NCBI GenBank assembly: GCA_027030565.1
Contig: JALVEU010000140.1
Coordinates: 1 to 33,500 of the forward strand
From: Gammaproteobacteria bacterium
Lineage (GTDB): Bacteria; Pseudomonadota; Gammaproteobacteria; JAJDOJ01
Direction of reading: 5' to 3'
DNA length: 33,500 bases
Under the pieces are notes generated by a model. The model was not told the DNA's origin and did not search any database. It was given only the letters and a program-made list of their open reading frames with translations. Every line of letters starts with the position of its first letter. The stretch's first letter is position 1. This document shows positions 17,633 to 28,147 of this stretch, in pieces. The position numbers and the translations under genes are program-made.

Positions 17633-17663
17633 AAAAGGCCCGGCCCCTCACCGGGGCCGGACC
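17633..17663 (-). terminator. Intrinsic terminator-like hairpin between dnaK and dnaJ
   Basis: The minus strand reads ggtccggcccc-ggtga-ggggccgggcc followed by tttt. Confidence 0.6.
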
Positions 17664-17733
17664 ACACGTAGCCCGCTCTGCCCGCCAGAGGCGGGCGCTG
17701 CGGTGGGAACATCCGGCGCCGGCCGGAGACCCG

Positions 17734-19686
<1,953 letters not shown>

Positions 19687-19740
19687 CGTTGTTCTCCACG
19701 CCTCTCGAATCTGAAAAATTTTCCGAAAATCTGCTTGCAG

Positions 19741-19768
19741 ACATGGGGGCGCGACCGCCCCCTTTCAA
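19741..19768 (-). promoter_or_regulatory. Sigma32 (RpoH) heat-shock promoter of dnaK
   Basis: The minus strand reads TTGAAA-N14-CCCCATGT. Confidence 0.8.
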
Positions 19769-19805
19769 CCAGTGCCGCTCTGTCCTCGCCCGGGGATCCC
19801 GCCGC

Positions 19806-20387
19806 TCACCCCGTCTCGGGGGGCTTGGAGACGATCACCATGGCCGGACGCAGCAGACGGTCGTTCAGCCGATAGCCCTTCTGCACCACCGTGAGCACCG
19901 TGTTGGGGGGCAGTTCGGCGTTCTCCTGGATGGACATGGCCTGATGCAGCTCCGGATCGAAGGGTTCCCCGAGTGGGTTGACCTCCTGCACGTTGAACTT
20001 TTGCAACACCTGCCCGAGCATCTTCAGGGTCAGCTCCATGCCCTCGCGCAATTTCTCCGCATCCACGTGCTCTGTGGCATGCCCCAGGCCCAGTTCCAGG
20101 CTGTCGACCACCGGCAGGAGCTCGCCGATGAACTTCTCCAGACCGTACTTGTGTGCCTGGGCCACATCACGCTCGCTGCGCTTGCGCAGATTGTCCAGGT
20201 CGGCCTGGGCACGCACCAGCTGGTTCCAGGTCTCCTCGGCCCGCCTGCGCGCGGCCTCGAGCTCCTCGCGCAACCGCTCAATCTCCTGGACCTCCGTCTC
20301 CTCTGTGCCCGTGCCGCTCTCGGCCGCCGGCGAGGCTCCGGCCTGCACTTCTTCGGCGATACGCTCGTTCTCGTGCTGTTGACTCAT
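19806..20387 (-). CDS. grpE: Nucleotide exchange factor GrpE
   Basis: ADLDNLRKR, FDPELHQAM, QKGYRLNDRLLRPAMV. GGAG lies before the ATG at 20387. Confidence 0.97.
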   Translation of the reverse strand: MSQQHENERIAEEVQAGASPAAESGTGTEETEVQEIERLREELEAARRRAEETWNQLVRAQADLDNLRKRSERDVAQAHKYGLEKFIGELLPVVDSLELGLGHATEHVDAEKLREGMELTLKMLGQVLQKFNVQEVNPLGEPFDPELHQAMSIQENAELPPNTVLTVVQKGYRLNDRLLRPAMVIVSKPPETG

Positions 20388-20466
20388 GGTCGCTCCATAG
20401 CGCAACTGGGTTGAATCCGTAAACCGACCCCGCCGGTTGTACGGGGTGCCCGAATGCATTCGAGCG

Positions 20467-20495
20467 ACATGGGGCTGGACCGACGGCATTTCAAG
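20467..20495 (-). promoter_or_regulatory. Sigma32 (RpoH) heat-shock promoter of grpE
   Basis: The minus strand reads CTTGAAA-N14-CCCCATGT. Confidence 0.8.
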
Positions 20496-20561
20496 GGATG
20501 TGCGGCCCGCCCGACGCCGTGCTCATCGATCGTGCCCCGCCCCTGCCCATACCGTTCCGGT

Positions 20562-21623
20562 TCACGCGCTGAGCGCCTCGCCCAGCAACCGTGCCGTGGC
20601 GTCCACCACGGGGATGACGCGTTCGTAGTGCATGCGCGTCGGTCCGATCACACCGAGCACCCCCACGATATCACCTCCGACACGGTAGGGCGCGGAGACC
20701 ACGCTGCAGCCGGCCAGCGCGTCGTACCCCGACTCCTGACCGATGAAGATCTGTACACCCTCGGCCTCGATGCACTTGTCCAGCAGTTCCAGGATCTCGC
20801 GCTTCTCCGTGAACGCCTCGAACAGCTGGCGGAGCTTCTCCACATCGGAGAGCTCGGCGTAACGCATGAGATGGGTCTGCCCCATCATCACGAAGTCCTC
20901 CGGATCGCGCAGGGTCTCCGCGAAGACCTTGTCCCCGAGCTCGGCAGCCGTACAGGCGAGCCGGTCCATGTCGCGACGCATGCAGTCCAGATCCTCCACG
21001 ATGCGGGCCCGCACCGCCTGCAGGTCCATGCCCGAGAAACGCTCGTTGAGGAACGCCGCCGCACGCTCCAGTGCCTCGCGCGAATAGGGCCGCTCCAGCT
21101 CGATAATGAGGTTCTGTACTTCGTGGGGTTCCAGCACCAGCACCACCAGGACCTTGCCACCGCTCAGCTCCAGGAACTCGATGCGGCGCAGAACGGCGTG
21201 CTCGGCCCGTGGCACCGTCACCAGACCCGCCAGCTGCGTGACCCGTGACAGCAGGGTCGAAGCCCGCTCCACCAGCTCATGGGGACCCTGTCCCGGACCG
21301 AGCACGTCCCGGAACTCCTCCATCAGCGCTTCGTCCAGGGGACGCACCTCGATCATGCGATCGACGAACAGACGGTATCCCAGCACCGTGGGCACACGGC
21401 CGGCCGAGGTGTGCGGCGAACGCACCAACCCCATCTCCTCCAGATCGGCCATGACGTTGCGTACCGTGGCCGGGCTGAGATCCAGCCCCGAGGCTCGCGC
21501 GAGTGTCCGCGAGCCCACCGGCAGTCCCTCACGGATATATTGCTCGACCAGCACGCGGAGCAGATGCTCGGCACGCTGCGTCAATTCGATCTGGAGTGCC
21601 CGTTCCTCCATGGGGGAAACCAT
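20562..21623 (-). CDS. hrcA: Heat-inducible transcription repressor HrcA
   Basis: PVGSRTL, SPATVRNVMADLEEMG, PHTSAGRVPT, GVIGPTRM. An alternative start is at 21611. Confidence 0.96.
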   Translation of the reverse strand: MVSPMEERALQIELTQRAEHLLRVLVEQYIREGLPVGSRTLARASGLDLSPATVRNVMADLEEMGLVRSPHTSAGRVPTVLGYRLFVDRMIEVRPLDEALMEEFRDVLGPGQGPHELVERASTLLSRVTQLAGLVTVPRAEHAVLRRIEFLELSGGKVLVVLVLEPHEVQNLIIELERPYSREALERAAAFLNERFSGMDLQAVRARIVEDLDCMRRDMDRLACTAAELGDKVFAETLRDPEDFVMMGQTHLMRYAELSDVEKLRQLFEAFTEKREILELLDKCIEAEGVQIFIGQESGYDALAGCSVVSAPYRVGGDIVGVLGVIGPTRMHYERVIPVVDATARLLGEALSA

Positions 21624-21647
21624 CGTCCGTCGGCGACATCCGCTAAT

Positions 21648-21674
21648 TTAGCACTCAAAAACCACAAGTGCTAA
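21648..21674. promoter_or_regulatory. CIRCE operator (HrcA binding site)
   Basis: TTAGCACTC-N9-AAGTGCTAA, one mismatch to the TTAGCACTC-N9-GAGTGCTAA consensus, directly upstream of hrcA. Confidence 0.92.
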
Positions 21675-21772
21675 CGATCTCATAATGAGGGTGCTCAACC
21701 CGTGACACAAGCCCAGTCAGGGGCGGTCGGTGCGCTTCCCCCGACACGCCGTGTTCAGAGTAGAATCAGCGG

Positions 21773-22645
21773 ATGCCCGTCTTCCGCACGATACTCCTCG
21801 TCAGTAAACCGGGCGATCCTACCCTGCGTTCAACCTTGGAAACCCTGTGGTCTTTTCTCGAGCGCCGGGGCTGCCGCGTGTTGCTCGACCCGTCGGCCTG
21901 CACCCTGCTGCAGGCGCAGGGTCGCGCCCCTTGTACCCATGGCGAGACACCCCCTCCCGATCTCGTGCTGGCCGTGGGCGGCGACGGCACCCTGCTCCAC
22001 GCCGCACGTCGTTTCGTGGACCGAGGCGTCCCCCTGGCGGGTGTCAACCGGGGCCGGCTGGGCTTCCTGGCCGACATCTCCCCGGATGAGATGCTGGAAC
22101 GCCTGGAGGAAATCCTCTCCGGTCAGTATCAAGAGGATCAGCGCACCATGCTCTGCGGCCGCGTGTTGCGAGACGGCACGGAGATCCTGAGCAACTCCGC
22201 CCTCAACGACGTCGTGCTCCATGCACGCCGCAGCGTGCGCATGATCAGTTTCGACGTCTACGTGGGCGGCCGGCTCCTGGCGCGCCAGAACGCCGACGGC
22301 ATCGTGGTCGCCACCCCCACCGGATCCACCGCCTATGCCCTGTCGGGCGGGGGCCCCATCCTGCATCCCGACGTGGCGGCCTTGACCCTGGTACCCATCT
22401 GCCCACACACCCTGAGCAACCGGCCGATCGTCATCGACGACCGTTCTCGACTGGGACTGACCCTATGTCCCGACAACACCGTGCCGGCGGTGGTGTCCTT
22501 CGACGGGCAGGTGGACTGCGACCTGGAACCAGGGGACTGCGTCGAGGTGTGGCTCAAGGAGGCCCGGCTGCGACTCATCCAACCGCTGAACCTGGATTAC
22601 TTCGAGATCCTGCGCGCCAAGCTCAAGTGGAGCGAGCTGCCCTAG
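21773..22645 (+). CDS. nadK: NAD(+) kinase
   Basis: GGDGTLL, GRLGFL, ALND, DGIVVATPTGSTAYALSGGGP. Confidence 0.96.
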   Translation: MPVFRTILLVSKPGDPTLRSTLETLWSFLERRGCRVLLDPSACTLLQAQGRAPCTHGETPPPDLVLAVGGDGTLLHAARRFVDRGVPLAGVNRGRLGFLADISPDEMLERLEEILSGQYQEDQRTMLCGRVLRDGTEILSNSALNDVVLHARRSVRMISFDVYVGGRLLARQNADGIVVATPTGSTAYALSGGGPILHPDVAALTLVPICPHTLSNRPIVIDDRSRLGLTLCPDNTVPAVVSFDGQVDCDLEPGDCVEVWLKEARLRLIQPLNLDYFEILRAKLKWSELP

Positions 22646-22664
22646 CGCCCGGCTTCCCACGGCC

Positions 22665-24329
22665 ATGCTCACCCGGATCACGCTACGCGACTTCGCCATC
22701 TTCCAGGCCCTGGAGCTGGAGCCCGGGGCGGGGATGAACGTGTTCACCGGCGAGACCGGTGCGGGCAAGTCTCTGGTGGTGACGGCCCTGGGACTGGTGC
22801 TGGGCGATCGCGCCACACGCGGCACCGTGCGCGCCGGTGCCGCCCGCGCCGACCTGGCCGTGGAGTTCACGCTGGAGGCCGCCCCCGGAGCCCGCCGCTG
22901 GCTGGCCGAGCGCGATCTCGACCAGGAGGACACCTGCCTGTTGCGCCGGGTGATCACCCGTGAAGGTCGCTCCCGAGCCTACATCAACGGCGTCCCCATG
23001 CCGCTGCAGGCCGTGCGCGAGCTGGGAGAACAACTCGTGGACATCCAGGGACAACACGCCCATCAGGCCCTGCTGCGGCCCGGCATGCAACGCCGCCTGC
23101 TGGACGAGTTCGCCGGTCATGACACCCTCTTGGAAGAAGCGGGTGCCCGCTATGCGCAATGGCGCCGGCTGCACGACCGGCTCCAGGATACGGACCGTCG
23201 AGCCGGTGAGATCCGCGACCGCAAGGCACTGCTCGGCTTCCAGATCCGCGAACTGGAGACCCTGGGGCTGCGCGCAGGGGAGTATGCCGAGCTGGACGCC
23301 GAGCAGACGCGGCTCGCCAACGCCGAGTCGGTGCGCGAACAGACCTGGGAGGCGGCCCAGGCACTGTACGACGCCGACAGGGACACCCTCTACGAGCGAC
23401 TGGCCCACATCGCCTCCGGGCTGCGTGAGGCGGCAACGTCCCATCCCGCACTGGGTGACTCGGCCGAGGTCGCCGAAGGTCTGGCTATCCAGGCCCAGGA
23501 ACTGGCCGCTGCGCTGCGCCAGTACGCCGAGACGCTGGAGAGCGATCCGGAACGCCTGGCACAGGTGGACGAACGCCTTCGGGCCATTCACGACCTTGCT
23601 CGCAAGTACGCGGTGGAGCCCGAGGCCCTACCGGAACTGCACCACCGGCTCAAGCGTGAGCTGGCGGAACTGGAATCGCCGGAGTACGACGTCGACACAC
23701 TGCGCACCGCCCTGCGCGAGGCCGAAGAACGCCTGGACGAGACCTGCGAACGCCTATCGCGGGCGCGCCGAGCAGCGGCACAGCGGCTCGCCGAGCAGGC
23801 CGCCGGACATCTGGCCGCGCTGGGGATGCCCGAAACTGAGCTGGAGATCCGCGTCACACCGCGGGGCCCCGAAGGCCGCGGCCCCCAGGGCTGGGACGAA
23901 GTACGAATGTACATCCGCACCAACCCGGGGCAGCCCCCGGGCCCGCTGGAGACAGTGGCCTCGGGGGGCGAGCTCTCGCGCATCAGTCTGGCGGTGCGGC
24001 TGGCGGCCGTGGACGCCTTGCCTCTGCCCACGCTGGTGTTCGACGAGGTGGACACTGGTATCGGGGGCGCGGTGGCCGAGGCGGTGGGCCAGCGCCTGAA
24101 ACAGCTCGCCGGCTCGCGTCAGGTCCTGTGCGTCACGCACCTGCCGCAGGTGGCCGCGCAGGGTGACCACCACTTCCGCGTCCGCAAGGAAAAGGCCGAG
24201 CAGGGCGTGGCCACCCGTGTGGAGCATCTGGACCCCGATGGGCGGGTCCAGGAGATCGCCCGCATGCTTGGAGGCCGTCGGGTCACGCAGCGCGCCCTGG
24301 AGCATGCACGCGAGATGCTCGGCCGCTGA
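22665..24329 (+). CDS. recN: DNA repair protein RecN
   Basis: Walker A TGETGAGKS, coiled coil, ASGGELSR, FDEVDTG, VTHLPQVA. Confidence 0.97.
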   Translation: MLTRITLRDFAIFQALELEPGAGMNVFTGETGAGKSLVVTALGLVLGDRATRGTVRAGAARADLAVEFTLEAAPGARRWLAERDLDQEDTCLLRRVITREGRSRAYINGVPMPLQAVRELGEQLVDIQGQHAHQALLRPGMQRRLLDEFAGHDTLLEEAGARYAQWRRLHDRLQDTDRRAGEIRDRKALLGFQIRELETLGLRAGEYAELDAEQTRLANAESVREQTWEAAQALYDADRDTLYERLAHIASGLREAATSHPALGDSAEVAEGLAIQAQELAAALRQYAETLESDPERLAQVDERLRAIHDLARKYAVEPEALPELHHRLKRELAELESPEYDVDTLRTALREAEERLDETCERLSRARRAAAQRLAEQAAGHLAALGMPETELEIRVTPRGPEGRGPQGWDEVRMYIRTNPGQPPGPLETVASGGELSRISLAVRLAAVDALPLPTLVFDEVDTGIGGAVAEAVGQRLKQLAGSRQVLCVTHLPQVAAQGDHHFRVRKEKAEQGVATRVEHLDPDGRVQEIARMLGGRRVTQRALEHAREMLGR

Positions 24330-24379
24330 GATGCAGGCTCACCCGCCGGCCCAGGGCGTCCACCCCCGGAGGGAGGGCC

Positions 24380-24802
24380 TCAACTCTCGCTTGCCGATTC
24401 GTCGTCGATGAACTCGCCGTACAGGATCAGGGAGTGATCGCGGATCCGGAAGCCGTGCGCCTTGGCGATCTCCTGCTGGCGCTTTTCGATGATCTCGTCG
24501 TAGAACTCGACGACACGGCCGGTGCGGCTGCAGACCATGTGGTCGTGGTGGGTTCCCCGGTCGAGTTCAAACACCGCTTGCCCACCCTCGAAGTGCAGCC
24601 GATTGACCAGGCCGGCAGCCTCGAACTGGGTGAGCACCCGGTAGATGGTGGCCAGACCGATCTGTTCACCCTCCTCGAGCAGCTTCCGGTAGATGTCCTC
24701 GGCGGTCAGGTGGTGCTCCGGGGCTCGCTCCAGGATCTCGAGGATCTTCATCCTCGGATGTGTCACCTTCAAGCCCGCCTTCTTCAGGTCTTGTGTCTCC
24801 AT
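24380..24802 (-). CDS. fur: Ferric uptake regulator Fur
   Basis: LKKAGLKVT.PR, GLATIYRVLTQF, HHDHMVC. The start is the ATG at 24802, inside the longer ORF. Confidence 0.96.
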   Translation of the reverse strand: METQDLKKAGLKVTHPRMKILEILERAPEHHLTAEDIYRKLLEEGEQIGLATIYRVLTQFEAAGLVNRLHFEGGQAVFELDRGTHHDHMVCSRTGRVVEFYDEIIEKRQQEIAKAHGFRIRDHSLILYGEFIDDESASES

Positions 24803-24945
24803 GAGACGGCTCCCGATCCTCAGACTCTGCCGGCCGATACGCAGGCCACCGATACGGATAGAATGGCGTCGGCATCGCCCCGGGGCTGATACGCGCAGCC
24901 CCGCCCGGCGAAACCGCCACCGCTCACATGACTTCCGCATGCGAT

Positions 24946-24964
24946 TATGAGAAAGATTCTCAAT
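24946..24964. promoter_or_regulatory. Candidate Fur box overlapping the bamE start, upstream of fur
   Basis: TGAGAAA-G-ATTCTCA 7-1-7 inverted repeat in a local AT-rich patch. Confidence 0.4.
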
Positions 24965-25330
24965 TTTTTCATCCCCGTATGGGTGGGGGTCACCTGCGCT
25001 GGCTGCAGCTGGTCCTGGGACTATGCGCGGGATCTGTTCAGCATCCACCGCATCGACGTCCAGCAGGGCAACGCGCTGGAGGAGGACGAGATCGCCCTGC
25101 TGCGCGAGGGCATGACCCCGGAGCAGGTCCGTTTCCTCCTGGGCACGCCGCTGGTGACCGATCCGTTTCGTCCCCAACGCTGGGACTATGTGTACTACTT
25201 CCGTCCCGGGAGCCGCAAGCCGGTCCTGCGCCGGGTCACGGTGTTCTTCGAAGGTGGCGAGGTGGTGCGGATCGAAAAGCAGGGACTGGACGAAATGCAC
25301 CCTGCACAGGGCGCGTCGCCCGAAGGCTGA
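24947..25330 (+). CDS. bamE: Outer membrane protein assembly lipoprotein BamE (SmpA/OmlA)
   Basis: Lipobox-like CAGC, IDVQQGN, GMTPEQVRFLLGTP, RWDYVY. Divergent from fur. Confidence 0.93.
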   Translation: MRKILNFFIPVWVGVTCAGCSWSWDYARDLFSIHRIDVQQGNALEEDEIALLREGMTPEQVRFLLGTPLVTDPFRPQRWDYVYYFRPGSRKPVLRRVTVFFEGGEVVRIEKQGLDEMHPAQGASPEG

Positions 25331-25332
25331 AC

Positions 25333-25683
25333 TCAGCGCCCTCCGGCGCCTTTCTTCATGGGCTTGCCGGCGGCGGCACGTTTGCGGCGGATCTCCTTGG
25401 GGTCGGCGATGAGCGGCCGATAGATCTCCACCCGATCATGGGCACGCAACGCGCGGTTCAAAGGCACCACCTTGCCGAAGATTCCCACCTTGTTGGTGCG
25501 TCCCAGGTCGATTTCGGGAAACTCACCGAGGATGCCCGAGGCGCGAATCGCCTGCTCGACGGTGGTCCCCTCGGGTACGTCCAGCTCCACGATCAGCTGG
25601 CGCTCGGGCTTCGCGTAGGCGACCTCCACCGGGATCATTCGAGGCGGCGGCCGCCGGGTCGGAGAATGCTCAGGACTTTCCAT
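25333..25683 (-). CDS. ratB: RnfH/RatB (PasI) ubiquitin-like protein
   Basis: VEVAYA, GIFGK, DRVEIYRPLIADPKEIRRKRA. The ATG at 25683 has GAGGTG upstream; an alternative start is at 25638. Confidence 0.9.
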   Translation of the reverse strand: MESPEHSPTRRPPPRMIPVEVAYAKPERQLIVELDVPEGTTVEQAIRASGILGEFPEIDLGRTNKVGIFGKVVPLNRALRAHDRVEIYRPLIADPKEIRRKRAAAGKPMKKGAGGR

Positions 25684-26107
25684 ACACCTCACGGGCCCGC
25701 TTGACGAAGGCGTCCACCAGGGAATTGGTGATCTGTGTGAACAGGGGCCCCAGGGTCATGCGCAGCACCGGATTGGCGATCTCGAAGTCCAGATCCAACG
25801 AGACCCGGCTGGCGCCCTCGCCCAGCGACTCGAAACGCCAGAAACCCTGAAGATGCTTGAAAGGGCCGTCGACCAGTCGCATCTCGATCATCTTTCCGGG
25901 CTGGAGACGGTTCAGGGTGGTGAAACTGGTGCGAATGGCGCCTTTCTCGAAATGGAGGCGGGCCTTCAGCTCGTCCTCTCCTTCATGGAGCACCTCGGCC
26001 CGCGTACACCAAGGCACGAACTCGGGGTAGCGCCGCACATCGTTGACCAGGCGGAACATGGCCGAGGCCTCATAAGGCACCAGGGCACTGCGCCGGACGA
26101 CCGTCAT
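25670..26107 (-). CDS. ratA: RatA/PasT (Coq10-like START-domain) protein
   Basis: SALVPY...MFRLVNDV..YPEFVPWC, GPFKHLQGFWRF, LVDAFVKRA. ATGA overlap with the transporter stop. Confidence 0.92.
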   Translation of the reverse strand: MTVVRRSALVPYEASAMFRLVNDVRRYPEFVPWCTRAEVLHEGEDELKARLHFEKGAIRTSFTTLNRLQPGKMIEMRLVDGPFKHLQGFWRFESLGEGASRVSLDLDFEIANPVLRMTLGPLFTQITNSLVDAFVKRAREVYGKS

Positions 26108-27465
26108 ATCACCTCGATCACGTTGAGGAACACCAGACCCACCCCGACGGGCGTGATATAGCGCACCAGGAAACGCCACAGCCGATAGCCGAGGGAGTCG
26201 TCCATCTTGAGTTCCTCCTTGACCGAGCGTTCCTTCATCAGCCAGCCGGCGAAGATGGCGATGAGCAGTCCGCCGATGGGCAGCATGATGTTGGAGGTGA
26301 GGTAGTCGAGCAGATCGAAGAACGTGCGTCCGAACAGCCGGTAGTCCGACCACAGGTTGAACGAGAACACGGTGCCCAGCCCCACGAACCAGGTGAGCAT
26401 GCCGCAGACCACGGCCGCATAGACCCGAGTGTGACCCCGGTTCTCCACCAGCCAAGCCACTGCAGGCTCCACCAGCGAGATCGCCGAGGTCCACGCGGCG
26501 AACACCAACAGAATGAAGAACAAGGTGCCGAAGAACGCCCCACCCGGCATCTGCCCGAAGGCGATGGGCAGGGTCTGGAAGATCAGGCCCGGGCCCGCGT
26601 TGGGCTGCAGGCCGTATTCGAACACGACGGGAAAGATGGCCAGCCCGGCGATCAGGGCCACCAGGGTGTCGGCGCTGGCCACGGCGATGCTCGTGCGCGC
26701 GATGGAGGCGTCGTGGGGCAGATACGAGCCGTAGATCATGATCGCCCCCATGCCCAGACTGAGACTGAAGAAGGCCTGCCCCATGGCCATGAGGATCACC
26801 TCGGGCGTCACCTTGCCGAAATCCGGGGCGAAGAGGAACTGCAGACCATGGACGAACTGGCCCTCCGCCATGGCATAGCCGACCAGCAGCAGCAACAGGA
26901 CGAACAGGCCCGGCATGAGAAACCGCACCGCCGTCTCCAGGCCTGCCGCCACCCCGCGCGCCACCACCACCATGGTCATGATCAGGAACAGCGTATGCCA
27001 GGCGATGAGCTTTTCCGGATCGGAGATCAGATTGGAGAACACCTGTGCGGTGAAATCCGCCGTCGCCCCGTCGAACAGACCCGCGGCGGTGCGAAACACG
27101 TAGGCCAGCGCCCAGCCGGCGATCACGCTGTAGAACGACAGGATCAGGAACCCGGCCAGTACGCCCATCCAGCCGAGCAGACCCCAGCGCGGCGAGCGAC
27201 CCTCCTCGGCGGCCAGGGTGCGCATGGTGTTGATGGGGCTCTGCCGGCCACGCCGACCCAGCATGACCTCCGCCATCATGATGGGTACGCCGATGATCGC
27301 CACGCAGGCCACGTAGATGAGCACGAACGCACCGCCGCCGTTCTGGCCGGCCACATAGGGAAACTTCCAGATGTTTCCGAGTCCGACCGCCGATCCCGTG
27401 GCAGCGAGCACGAAGGCCAGCTTGCTGGACCACTCACCGTGGATCGATGTGCGCACACCGGCCAT
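26104..27465 (-). CDS. Sodium-dependent transporter, NSS/SLC6 (LeuT-like) family
   Basis: GSAVGLGNIWKFPY, NGGGAF, GQAFFSLSLG, GPGLIF. About 11 TM segments. Confidence 0.93.
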   Translation of the reverse strand: MAGVRTSIHGEWSSKLAFVLAATGSAVGLGNIWKFPYVAGQNGGGAFVLIYVACVAIIGVPIMMAEVMLGRRGRQSPINTMRTLAAEEGRSPRWGLLGWMGVLAGFLILSFYSVIAGWALAYVFRTAAGLFDGATADFTAQVFSNLISDPEKLIAWHTLFLIMTMVVVARGVAAGLETAVRFLMPGLFVLLLLLVGYAMAEGQFVHGLQFLFAPDFGKVTPEVILMAMGQAFFSLSLGMGAIMIYGSYLPHDASIARTSIAVASADTLVALIAGLAIFPVVFEYGLQPNAGPGLIFQTLPIAFGQMPGGAFFGTLFFILLVFAAWTSAISLVEPAVAWLVENRGHTRVYAAVVCGMLTWFVGLGTVFSFNLWSDYRLFGRTFFDLLDYLTSNIMLPIGGLLIAIFAGWLMKERSVKEELKMDDSLGYRLWRFLVRYITPVGVGLVFLNVIEVI

Positions 27466-27565
27466 CTCCGTCCCCCTGTCAGGCCCTGCACGAGGCCGCG
27501 GTATTCTGTGGGATTCGCCGCCACCCGGCAACCTGGCCCGAGAGCCCTGCGTATAATGCCCCGCC

Positions 27566-28048
27566 ATGGGAAAGGCGAAGAAAAAGAAAAAGTCCGACGG
27601 CGGCGCCCTCATCGCCGTCAACAAGAAGGCCCGCCACGACTACTTCATCGAAGAGACCCTCGAGGCAGGTCTGGCCCTGCAGGGCTGGGAGGTCAAGAGC
27701 CTGCGCGAGAAGCGGGTGCAGCTCAAAGAGGCCTACGTACTGATCAAGGACGGCGAGGCCTGGCTGTTCGGCGCCCACATCTCGCCCCTGCCCACCGTCT
27801 CGACCCACTACGTGGCCGATCCCCTGCGCACGCGCAAGCTCCTCCTTCACCGGCGCGAGATCGACCGCTTGACCGGCGCCGTGGAGCGGCGGGGCTACAC
27901 CCTCGTGCCGCTGTCCCTGTACTGGAAACACGGTCGGGTCAAACTGGAGATCGGGTTGGCCAAGGGCAAGAAGCTCCACGACAAACGTGCGGCACAGAAG
28001 GAGCGGGACTGGCGGCGCGAGCAACAGCGGATCCTGAAGCACGGCTGA
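27566..28048 (+). CDS. smpB: SsrA-binding protein SmpB
   Basis: [33 protein letters not shown]. Confidence 0.98.
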   Translation: MGKAKKKKKSDGGALIAVNKKARHDYFIEETLEAGLALQGWEVKSLREKRVQLKEAYVLIKDGEAWLFGAHISPLPTVSTHYVADPLRTRKLLLHRREIDRLTGAVERRGYTLVPLSLYWKHGRVKLEIGLAKGKKLHDKRAAQKERDWRREQQRILKHG

Positions 28049-28092
28049 GGCCGGTCTCCACATGCCCGCTCCGGCCCGGTGCCGGCCCGTCA

Positions 28093-28125
28093 CGGGTGGA
28101 CCGGTCCCACACCACGGTCCACCCG
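28093..28125. terminator. GC-rich hairpin between the convergent smpB and peptidase genes
   Basis: cgggtggaccg-N11-cggtccacccg forms a perfect 11-bp stem, but there is no U tract. Confidence 0.35.
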
Positions 28126-28147
28126 CCATCTAGGCTGGGCGGGAAAC

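Noticed and set aside
24803-25300. Long N-terminal extension of fur in the ORF track (similar extensions on the NuoB-like, NuoH-like, ratA and peptidase ORFs)
   Set aside because: These extensions overlap neighbouring genes. Family homology, RBS position and stop/start overlaps support the shorter starts.
25333-26107. ratA-ratB as a novel toxin-antitoxin or defence module
   Set aside because: This is a conserved core locus beside smpB and bamE, and RatA/PasT is a Coq10-like respiratory accessory protein.
28049-28147. tmRNA (ssrA) downstream of smpB
   Set aside because: Only about 100 nt are available, with no GGGGC 5' end or tRNA-like TTCGA...CCA 3' end.
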